Positions 20,721 through 31,258 of a DNA stretch of 33,814 nucleotides are shown piece after piece. The notes under the pieces were generated by a model. The model was not told where the DNA came from. It searched no databases and was given only the letters and a program-made list of their open reading frames with translations. Origin of the DNA: Octopus bimaculoides (Eukaryota); assembly GCF_001194135.2 (NCBI RefSeq), contig NC_068983.1, forward strand, positions 53,542,246 through 53,576,059, written 5' to 3'. Made by a program: the position numbers and the translations under genes. Position 1 is the first letter of the stretch; every line of letters starts with the position of its first letter.

Positions 20721-22851
20721 AAGTTAGTTGATCATGTAGATATATTTTATTGTCCAAATGAGAAAGAACAGAAGGTAAGTCTTCTCAATCAAAGAGATAA
20801 TGAGCAAAACTGAAAAATCAATAATTTTCAGATATTGACATTCCATGTGAAGTTTTCTTTCATTGTTCAAAGTGTATCAGTTGGTCTGCTCACAGCCTGT
20901 CTTCCCTCAATGAAAACATACATGGTCACTGGAACTGAGTTGATTCCTGAATCTACCAATGCAGATTGCAACTACTCGATGTTATGTTTCAACTCTATCA
21001 AAACCCAAAGTCTTTATCTGGTAATTCTTTCAATGACAATAAGAATTAGAACTTCCATTATACTTTCATTGATCATATCAAACTTTATACACAATTCTGT
21101 ATTCATTTTTCTCAAAGGTTTCTGTTTTTGTTTTTAATCATGATGTTATTACAGACCTTGCTTTTAAGGTTGTAATTTACCAAACATTAAATTCTTAAAA
21201 AACAAAAAAAATGAAAATTCATCTCTCACGGAGTATCTATGAAATAGTATCTTTGAAATACTTCTGTAAATTAGTATCAATCCTGAGGTCCTTTAATAAT
21301 AATTGAAATCCCATATAAAGAATTTCAAAGTCCTTCCTAATTCCCTCATTTACTGTTTAGTTATCTTTACATTGGATTTCAAATATACTTAATACCAAAC
21401 AGATATAAAGCTGACATACTTCTTATAGAAACTTATTTTAGATTTATTTATTAAACATTTAAATAGGAAAATAGCTTTTATGGTATTACAGAATTAACTT
21501 GAGTATCTCTCTATTATACTGTTAAGATAGAAAGATATTTTCAAACTATATGTACTAGTCTGTGTATTTTTGTACATGTGTATAAGAAAAACTCAGTATG
21601 TAAATATGTTTGTGTTTATAAATATAAATCTTTTACCAGGAATTTCTATTAAATGTGTAATACATAACTCCCATCGTACATAACTTTCCACAACAAAAAT
21701 ATTTCAAAAGGCTTAAATTTTTTCCCTTTTTTTTTTTTCTTTTCATTGAAATTTCTTGCCATAACCAAACAGACTCTTTATTTCCCACAAAATTAATGAT
21801 ATTTTATCTGCTGAGGAGATGTTTGGAAATATTGCCAATAATTTCTTTAAAAAAGGTTGGGTGTCATTGTCTTGAAAATAAAGAAAATAACTTCAAGCTG
21901 GAGCCTACTTCTCGGTAATGAAATAATAAACAAATAAAAATAATAACTTTACCATTTTTATTATAACTCAGTTTAAAGAATATGAAAAGAATATTTCGTT
22001 TTTCTCTTGTTAATTTAACATTTATCTGATATTTCTTTCTTTAAGAAATGTCTGAGATAACATTTAAAATAAAATAGTATTTGGAAAATAATTCAAAATT
22101 CCTAAACAAAACCAGAACTCCGTGTATTGTATGCAAAACTCTTTGAAGAGGAAATCATTCTTCAAAAGCAATGTCTAACCATGGTGGTTCTCCATAAATG
22201 GTAAAACTCACCACAGGGAATATGAACAAAGAAATAAGAAATGAATGAAAACAAAACAAATGATGATAATAATAATAATAATCTAGGGATATTTTTCATT
22301 GCATTATGAAAATAAATGAATATCATTATAAAAAGTAAGTAACTAAGTTTATTTCCGAGACCGGTAGAAATGGTTTTCATTTCTTAATAAACAAACAAAA
22401 TTTCAATTCTATAGGATCAAATTCTTGAATTCAATTATGAAAATCTTATCAACTAAAAAAAATAAACAAGAATTTCTAAGATTATCTTTTAGATTTATGC
22501 TATACCAAGTACAGATATGTTTGTTGAAGAAACATATACCTATATAAAAATGTTCAAACTGTGGAATAAATTTTATGCAGTGAGAAAGAAAAGAAGTTCT
22601 CTAACATTTTGGGCAAAAACCCTTCATCAGAGAGACAAATGCGTTATTTACTGTTCCTCACAGTATTAAATTTATTCCACTGTTTAGACATTTTGTGTGG
22701 CTATTTGCCAGCGCAGACCATCACTAACTTCCTCAGATGCTACTGTTTCACAAAATATATATATGTATGAAGATACATATAGACAGATAGATATGGATAA
22801 TATGTCTCTGCATAATATCCTTAGCAGTGGTGAAGAGAAGACTGTCAGAAA

Positions 22852-22896
<45 letters not shown>

Positions 22897-24140
22897 TATG
22901 AATGGAAAGCCAATGGATCAATCTCACTTAATGTAAAACTAATCATGAAATTCCTAAGAACTTGGTTTTGACTGTGACCTTATTGAAAATGGAAAAGGAA
23001 AACTATATTATACAATTTGATTTCAATAAACTTGAAATGATTAAAAAAACAAAAAAAGGCAACTGGAACCAAATCAAAGGATTATTAGCATGCTGAATGA
23101 ATCAGCAGTTATTACATGTGGTAAGGAATTATATTGATTGCTCCCTTTTATCACCTACAAATTTCACATATGAAATCTAGTATATTTTTTGATTCAAACT
23201 GCCCTAATGTATGTTTATATATACATAATCATGAAAATAAAGTCTTAAGAGCTGAAAGGATCCTTAACTCTAAGGATTTTTTTTTTAAGATCAAAGTGTT
23301 TTAATAATAAATATGTTATTACTCCAACATATTTTATTTTACACTTAAACATAACTGGATAGGTTGTTTTATTATTATTATTATTATTTTATATCAAAGT
23401 TTAGATATTTTAAATCAGTTTTAGCTTAAGTTTACGAATTTATACCAATTCCAGTGATTTGTGGCAAACCTCATATGTGGAAACTTCCTTTCTATCATTA
23501 CTTTTTTTTGTTAATTTAAAAGCTATTGTGAATAAATAATCCCATCAGCTACATGATTCCTCCCAAATCAATCCAATGAGCCAATCAATGGTTCAATACA
23601 GCTCAGAGATCTTTAAAGATATACAAGACGATGATGGATACAAAATCCATTTAGCACCCTTTGTACCTGGTAAAGCACAATTCAGGTGTGTAGTGGAGAA
23701 TTGTGCTTTGAGTGAGCTGATCTGAAACAGAACTCATTACAGATTTTGTTCATTAAACCAAAAACTACAGGGGTTAGCACTAATGGAAATATGTATGCCT
23801 CCACATTTGTTAATCAATTATAAACATTAAACTAAAATATACAAAAAACCTGACTGTTTGTATCCGAATATTTCAGACTGTTACTATGTAAACTATGTTG
23901 AATCAGGGAAGGTTACTTAATTTGTTTTTATATATTTTTGGGGCAGGAGTTTTTGTTTATTTCACTTAAAAAAAAAAGAAAATGTTTAGTTTCCTCCCTT
24001 TGGCATGTTCCTTAACGAATCAGCCAATTTCATCAAAGATTACCTTTTTATTTTCACCCCCTGTTTAATCAGTAAGAAATATTACCAACTCAAAAATTAT
24101 GCATATGTTATATCTGTTTTATTTTTCTGTAATATATGTA
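20721..24140 (+). other. Putative long 3' UTR (end undefined)
   Basis: AT-rich and free of recognisable SINEs, with several AATAAA hexamers; no transcript evidence. Confidence 0.45.
22853..22894 (+). repeat. Genomic poly(A) run, 42 nt
   Basis: Seen directly. Confidence 0.97.
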
Positions 24141-24883
24141 TATGTTTATATATATATATACATATATATACACATAAGTATATATATATATATACATATA
24201 TATACACATAAGTATATATATATATACATATATATATACACATAAGTATATATATATATACATATATATACACATATGTATATGTAAGTATATATATATA
24301 TATATATATATGTAAGTATATATATATATGTAAGTATATATATATATATATATATATNNNNNNNNNNNNNNNNNNNNNNNNNNNNNNNNNNNNNNNNNNN
24401 NNNNNNNNNNNNNNNNNNNNNNNNNNNNNNNNNNNNNNNNNNNNNNNNNNNNNNNNNNNNNNNNNNNNNNNNNNNNNNNNNNNNNNNNNNNNNNNNNNNN
24501 NNNNNNNNNNNNNNNNNNNNNNNNNNNNNNNNNNNNNNNNNNNNNNNNNNNNNNNNNNNNNNNNNNNNNNNNNNNNNNNNNNNNNNNNNNNNNNNNNNNN
24601 NNNNNNNNNNNNNNNNNNNNNNNNNNNNNNNNNNNNNNNNNNNNNNNNNNNNNNNNNNNNNNNNNNNNNNNNNNNNNNNNNNNNNNNNNNNNNNNNNNNN
24701 NNNNNNNNNNNNNNNNNNNNNNNNNNNNNNNNNNNNNNNNNNNNNNNNNNNNNNNNNNNNNNNNNNNNNNNNNNNNNNNNNNNNNNNNNNNNNNNNNNNN
24801 NNNNNNNNNNNNNNNNNNNNNNNNNNNNNNNNNNNNNNNNNNNNNNNNNNNNNTTTATATATATATATATACATATACATGTT

Positions 24884-24917
<34 letters not shown>

Positions 24918-25290
24918 CATGTTTATATATATATATATACATATACATGTTTATATATATATATATACATGTTTATATATATATATTTATATATACATAT
25001 GTTTAAATACATATAAATATATATATATATATATACAGATATACATGTTTATATATATATATATATATAAATATACAGATATACATGTTAATATATATAT
25101 ATATATATATACATCTATACATGTTTATATATATAAATATATATAAATATATACATATATAAATTTATATATATACATCTATACATGTTTATATATATAA
25201 ATATATGCATATACATACATATTTATGTATATCAATATGTAAGCATGTATATATATATATATGTCATGAGTGTGTGTGTGTGTATGTGTG
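24130..25290. repeat. Large compound (TA)n microsatellite with higher-order units, spanning a gap
   Basis: Units such as (TA)nCA(TA)nCACATAAG (about 4 copies, 24146-24275) and TACATGTT(TA)n after the gap. Confidence 0.95.
24358..24853. other. Assembly gap (496 N)
   Basis: Run of N. Confidence 0.99.
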
Positions 25291-25679
25291 TGTGTACACA
25301 TACATACCAAAGGGTTTCTACTTTCATTTATCTTTTATCTCTATATGTTTTATTTTACAACATACAAATACAAGCAATTTTCAATTTTTTATCCTTTAAT
25401 TTAAACTCACCAAATCAATGATCATATAATTCCATTTTGCTAAAAAAAAAAAAAAATTAAAAATGATAATAACAAAGAACATTCTGGAGAGGATTACAAT
25501 GTCTTTGAATATTGCATTTCTGTTGAGTTTTGTATTTTTTCTTGTTATTACAGTCAGTATATATTCACAAGAGTTCTAATTCAATGAAACAAAAAAAAAG
25601 AAAAACAATTTTGCAATTATCAACATCATTTTTAATATCAAACTCAAATCCTTGCACACCAATGAATAAATCTACCTAA

Positions 25680-25995
25680 AGATATACATATATATATACA
25701 CACACATATATACACACACTCACACACATATATTTACATTTGTATATATATGTAAGTATATGCATATAAGTATATATATATGTGTGTATGTATATATATA
25801 AATGTATATACATATGTATGTGTATATGTTTGTATACATATGTACACATACCCATGTATCTGTGTGTGTATATGTATATATATATATACACACATATTTA
25901 TACACACACATGTATATATAGATATATGTATGTATATATATATGTACGTAAGTGTGTATGAGTGTGTGCATTCGTGTGTTAGTGTATGTTTGTGT
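25680..25995. repeat. Compound TA/CA/TG microsatellite
   Basis: Seen directly; source of the spurious ORFs at 25676-26082. Confidence 0.95.
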
Positions 25996-26118
25996 GGATG
26001 GAAATTTGATCTTTCAGAGATCATTACAAATGTACAAACTAGCAGCTACGAGGGGGATTGTCTTATCTCCCTGCAGCTTTGAAAGTTTAATGTTTTTCTT
26101 AATAAAGAGCAAATGTCA

Positions 26119-26160
26119 ATGATGATGATGATGACTATGACGACGACGACGACGACGATG
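26119..26160. repeat. (GAT)n(GAC)n trinucleotide microsatellite
   Basis: Seen directly. Confidence 0.93.
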
Positions 26161-26885
26161 TGAACACACCTTTGAAATTTCTGTGAAAAGGAGTGTGGGG
26201 GAAATGAAATGAAACAAATAAAATGATATTTCGTTTTTCTGTCTTCTCTTCTTTTATATATTTTGGAACATTTGATAAATTGTTGATGGTGAATTTATTT
26301 GATTGCTCTTAAAACAAACTGATTGATGATTGCTTTGAAGCTGTTCATTGCTTTATGTTAAATTGTTACTTGCCTTCTCATCAGACAAAACATCATTTAC
26401 TTCATCTCTGCTAACAATGTTTACTTTTGGTTATACCGGCTGCCATAAATTCCAGCATATTATTCAGTCTGGCAGATAAATGACCACAAAAATGTTTGGC
26501 TTAAAAATCAGACCAAGACCTATACTAGCCACAGAAGCTGACCTATCTACTCACCACAAGACATAAAAATTAGGTAAGCTATAAATGTACACAGAACTGA
26601 TGTCGATCATATTCAATAATAACAATGCGGCACGGCATTCATTAGACACTTATTTCAGTTAGTTAAATAAGTTTACAAAACAACTTATAGCAGCAGGAGA
26701 AAATCAAGAGGAGAACACGTGAACCCTGTCTTCAAGTACTATACAAAATTTCCTTTGGCTTATTATATTCTTTATTTAGCTGGATTTATCAAAAATTAAT
26801 TAAGGAAGGGCTCCAAGGATGTCTTTGCCCCCTAGTCACTGAGAACCTTTGCTTAGCTACTCACTTTTAGGTAAAACATATTTAA

Positions 26886-27322
26886 CCCTTTTGATAGCAA
26901 CCTGGCTGAGATCATCCCAGATTCTTTGATACAAACTTGTCTCTTTAAAATGATTCTTCAAAATATTCCATCAAAATTCCATGGTAATTTACGTTCCAAA
27001 CAAATGAAGGCAGCGAGTGGACAGAATCAAATAGCAAGCTGAACAAAATGTTTAGCAGCATTTCATCTGTCTTTGCATTCTGAGTTCAAATTCTGCTGAG
27101 GTTGACTTTGGCTTTCATCCTTTCGGGGTTCATAAAATAAGCACCAGCCACACATTGGGATTGATGTGATCAATTTACACTTAACCCCTAAACTTGCTGG
27201 CTTTGTGCTAAAATTTGAAACCAATTTATGCTCTAAACACCAGCTTAATAACAGTTATTTTTCTAAATCTTTCAGTATTTTCCAAATTAATTGAAACAAA
27301 ATGCTGAATTTCAATAAAAGAG
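26886..27322. mobile_element. MITE family F interrupted by a family A SINE
   Basis: TTAA 26882-26885, CCCTTT start; ends AAAGAG plus TTAA 27323-27326. Confidence 0.78.
27003..27222 (+). mobile_element. Family A SINE (tail A2) with a 17-bp TSD
   Basis: TSD 26986-27002 / 27223-27239 (14/17). Confidence 0.88.
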
Positions 27323-27326
27323 TTAA

Positions 27327-27550
27327 CCCTTTTGATGTCAACCAGCTTGAAATCACATGAGATTCTATGATACAAACTTTTCTTTTGTGAAAGAGATCTG
27401 TGTTAAAACCTTCCATCAAAATTTCAGGCCAATTTATGTTCCAGTCAGTAGCTTAATAATGAGAAAGTAATTTTATTCAATTCTTTATTATTTTCAAAAT
27501 TAATAGGAACAAAAGCAATGTATTCTGACAGAAATATAGTTACAAAAGGA
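27327..27550. mobile_element. MITE family F, second member of a tandem pair
   Basis: Starts CCCTTT directly after the shared TTAA; ends aaaagga plus ATAA (degenerate). Confidence 0.75.
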
Positions 27551-27637
27551 ATAACATAACCTAGGGAGGGTATTTCACTCTTCAAATAGATGTGAGTGGG
27601 AGATAACAGAGAAAGTAAAATATGAGAAAGTTTCTTA

Positions 27638-27868
27638 TTTCTTTATTGCCCACAAGGGGCTAACCAAAGAGGGGACAAACAAGGACAGACAAACAGAATA
27701 AGTCGATCACATCGACCCCAGGGTATAACTGGTACTTAATTTATCGATCCTGAAAGGATGAAAGGCAAAGTTGACCTTGGTGGAATTTGAACTCAGAACG
27801 TAACAGCAGACGAAATACCACTAAGCATTTTTCCTGGCGTGCTAACGTTTCTGCCAGCTCGCCGCCTT
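27638..27868 (-). mobile_element. Family A SINE (tail A1), young, full length
   Basis: TSD gtaaaatatgag(ac)aaagtttctta at 27615-27637 / 27869-27893. Confidence 0.95.
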
Positions 27869-28084
27869 GTAAAATATGAGACAAAGTTTCTTATGGTATT
27901 TGACTACATCCCAAGTTCAAATTCTTTCCACATTCACCTTTCCTTTCATCTCTTCAAGACTGATAGAATATAAGCATTTTTAGAATACTGCCAGTAATAT
28001 AATGAACTAAAACATTCAAGATTGCCACAGTCCAATGACCAAAAGCAGAACCATGAATGTATGTATATATACATATAGTAAAGG

Positions 28085-28420
28085 GTAAAAAAATCTCCTT
28101 CGGTCATAAATAACAATGGGGCTGCACCTAGAGAATACCCCTCCAAGGTACATGTCCAGACAAGATTGTTTATGGAAAACTAACAGTCACCCATGCATAC
28201 CAGCCTCCCCTCTCTCTGCTACTAATGCTATCCAAGGGAAAGGTAAAAGCCGATACAGCTTGGCACCAGTGACATCTCAGCTCATTTCTACAGCTGAGTG
28301 AACTGGAGCAACGGGAAATGAAATGTTTTGGTCAAGAACACAATGCATAGCCTGGTCGGGGAACTGAACTCACTACTTCATGATTGTGAGCTTGATGCTC
28401 TAACCACTGAGCCATGTGCC
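28085..28420 (-). mobile_element. Family D SINE with a third tail type
   Basis: Reverse complement head ggcacatggctcagtggttagagcatcaagctcacaatc...agttcagttcccc; core ccagttcactcagctg. Confidence 0.8.
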
Positions 28421-28427
28421 ATCACTT

Positions 28428-28657
28428 GGACCGACTCCTGTGCATTTGAGCATGGCCATTGCCAATACGGCCGGACTGGCACGTAAAAAGCACCCACTAC
28501 ACTTTCAGAGTGGTTGGCGTTAAGGAAGGGCATCCAGCTGTAGAAACTCTGCCAAATCAGATTGGAGCCTGGTGCAGCCATCCAGTTCACCAGTCCTCAG
28601 TCAAATCGTCCAACCCATGCTAGCATGGAAAGCGGACGTTAAACGATGATGATGATG

Positions 28658-28658
<1 letters not shown>
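28428..28658 (+). mobile_element. Family B retroposon 3' end with (GAT)n tail
   Basis: Near-identical to 12700-12933; followed by TA/TG microsatellite to 28699. Confidence 0.9.
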
Positions 28659-28701
<43 letters not shown>

Positions 28702-28884
28702 ATTTTTTCATTTATTAGAATTACTCCTAAAAAGAAACTATTTTCTAACAAAAACAGAAACTCTATCATCACTGATTTGGATAACAATAATGGTAATTGT
28801 TACATACTGAACCATAGGCAAGTCTTGCACATATTTATTGTTCCACTTACTGGTTACATCAATAAAATACATGTTAGCTAGTCT

Positions 28885-29112
28885 CTTACTTTGCTTGAAA
28901 ATCCTAGCCTTTTCTGATTATCACTTAGTCATTTACTAACATGAACAAGTGTACTTGTAATTATTAGTATAAATATGAATTTATGATCAGAGTAAACAAG
29001 CTGCAGGTTTCAAAGCAGTTGTCCATAAATTTTCTTTCTGATTTTAAAGGAGGTGTATATGTCTGCAGGGCAGCTAACTTCTATCACTGTCAGTGACTTC
29101 TCTTTTCTGTCC
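28885..29112 (+). repeat. Old unclassified dispersed repeat (family H), copy 2
   Basis: Collinear with 2715-2950. Confidence 0.6.
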
Positions 29113-29379
29113 CATATATATATATATATATATATATATGCACTTTGATGTACAAATGACATTAAAAGACTACAGTTTATGTGTTATAGAGTTCAAAGTA
29201 AAAACTTTATTACATGACTCAGTTACTCGATGTGTAAAATCTCTAATAATATAAATAGAGTACATGATGGTATATTTGGAGTAAAAGTAGCAAAGTAGCT
29301 TTGAACAAATAAATTTAAATACACACATACACATGATAGACTATGCACGCACACACTATATATATATATATATATATAG

Positions 29380-30010
29380 TGGTGAAGGAGTGGTTGTATG
29401 GCAAGGAGTTAGCTTCCCAACCACATGGTTCCAGGTTTGGTCCCACTGAGTGGCACCTTGGGCGAGTGTCTTTACTATAGCCTTAGGCTGACCAAAGCTT
29501 TCTGAGTGGATTTGGTAGACAGAAACTGAAAAAAGCTGTCGGGCTGGCAGAAACGTTAGACGCCGGGCGAAATGCTTAGCGGTATTTCGTCTGCCGTTAC
29601 GTTCTGAGTTCAAATTCTGTCGAGGTCGACTTTGCCTTTCATCCTTTCGGGGTCAATAAATTAGGTACCAGTTATGCACTGGGGTCAAGGTTATTGACCT
29701 AATCTGTTTGCCTGTCCTTGTTTGTCCCCTCTGTGTTTAGCCCCTTGTGGGCAATAAAGAAATGAGAAACTGAAAGAAGCCCTTCATGTGTGTATGTATG
29801 GATGTGTGTCTATGTTTACCCCACCGTCATCACTTGACAGCCAATGTTGGTGTGTTTATGTCCCTGTAACTTGGCGATTCAGCAAAAGAGACCGATGGGA
29901 TTAGTACTAAGGTTTCAAAGAATAAGTACTGGAGTCGATTTGTTTGGTCAAAGGCAATGCTCCAGCATGGTCGCATTCAAATGACTGAAACAAGTAAAAG
30001 AATGAAAGAA
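29380..30010 (+). mobile_element. Full family C SINE (head + tail C) split by a family A insertion
   Basis: Head 29380-29536, resumes at 29765, tail ends atgactgaaacaagtaaaagaatgaaag. Confidence 0.9.
29537..29764 (+). mobile_element. Family A SINE (tail A1) nested in family C
   Basis: 16-bp TSD agaaactgaaa(a/g)aagc at 29521-29536 / 29765-29780. Confidence 0.94.
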
Positions 30011-30022
30011 TACATATATACA

Positions 30023-30165
30023 TGAAGGCAGTAGCTTAGTGGTTAGAGGTATTCAGGCATAACAAGTACTGGGGTTGATTCATTCAACTAAAAATCTTTC
30101 AAGGCAGTGCCCCAGCATGGCTACAGCCAAATGACTGAAACAAGTGAAATATAAAAGATAAAAAA
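30023..30165 (+). mobile_element. Short chimera: family D head start fused to the end of tail C
   Basis: gaaggcagtagcttagtggttagaggtattcag joined to aagtactggggttgattc...ccccagcatggc...atgactgaaacaag. Confidence 0.7.
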
Positions 30166-30436
30166 TACATATGTATGTATGGAAACATGTTTGAAGAGCT
30201 GAAAACAATGGAAGTGCTGACAGTAAATCTTTCCTTCCAGGTCTGAGTTAATGTTTCTTGTAAAGGGTATTTTATTTTTTTCTAATTGCTAATTTTTAAT
30301 TTCAGGAAATCTTTTTTTTTTTTCAAACATGTTTATATGCAGATAAATCTATTGTTTCTTATATTTGAAAGCCTTTTGCTGTCAGGATAGCAGATGGGAA
30401 AATATTTTATTGTTTTCTTCAGTAACCAGGTAAATA

Positions 30437-30664
30437 TTGGGTTGTCCGGAAAGTTCGTGCCGATTTTTAAAGGAACAAAAAAGGTCAATAAATACTTGCC
30501 ATTACATTTGTAATCGACCAAATATGAACCATTTTGTTGCACAATGCATCTCCATCTTTCCTTTAACTTGAAAATATCCTCTTCCCAAAATTGAGGTGGT
30601 TTCATGGCAAATAAGTCGAAAGGTAAGCTACCATAAATCGGCATGAACTTTCTGGACAACCCAA
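30437..30664 (-). mobile_element. Internally deleted mariner element (228 bp)
   Basis: 30-bp TIRs 30437-30466 / 30635-30664 (28/30), TA on both sides; minus strand keeps the transposase C-terminus FAMKPPQFWEEDIFKLKERWRCIVQQNGSYLVD. Confidence 0.92.
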
Positions 30665-30789
30665 TAATTGAGTTTTAGAAATGACTGTTTTTCCACCAGA
30701 AAAAAATGCACCCTTTGTCTTTCAGTTACTCTGAGAAACAGTGATTTAAATCAACAGAAAACTAATAATTTTAATTCCTTACAACCATA

Positions 30790-31204
30790 TAGTTTTGAGG
30801 TGAGTCTCACTGCACAACACTGGAGAAATGTAACCTGCTACAGCCCCCAAGTCAACCAAAGCTCTGAGTGCATTTGGCAGATGGAAACTGAAAGATGCTC
30901 ATTGTATATGTGTGTGGTGGGACATATGTATGTATATTAATGTATGTGTGTGTGTATGCGTGTTACTATCTCCTTGCCTTGATATTGCATGATAGTTGTA
31001 AGCATGTGTCATCATCATGCAAGCTGTGTCCTTTGTTTCCACTTTTCCATGAAAATATGTCTCGTCATGGAAAAATATGACTTAGAAACAGGTGAGTGTT
31101 GGTAACAGGAAGAGTATCCAGCCATAGGAAATTGGCCTCAACAGATTTCATTTGGCCCATCATGTGAGCATGGAAAAGTAGACATTATGATGATGATGAG
31201 GATG
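30790..31204 (+). mobile_element. Degenerate SINE: family C head remnant, microsatellite, tail E
   Basis: caaccaaagc...gatggaaactgaaag head end; tail ends gcatggaaaagtagacattatgatgatgatg. Confidence 0.78.
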
Positions 31205-31224
31205 CTGATTATATGTAAATTCTC

Positions 31225-31257
<33 letters not shown>

Positions 31258-31258
<1 letters not shown>

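Noticed and set aside
20835-22936. ORFs 20835-21137, 22162-22380 and 22697-22936
   Set aside because: Low-complexity UTR-like sequence; the poly-Lys comes from the A run.
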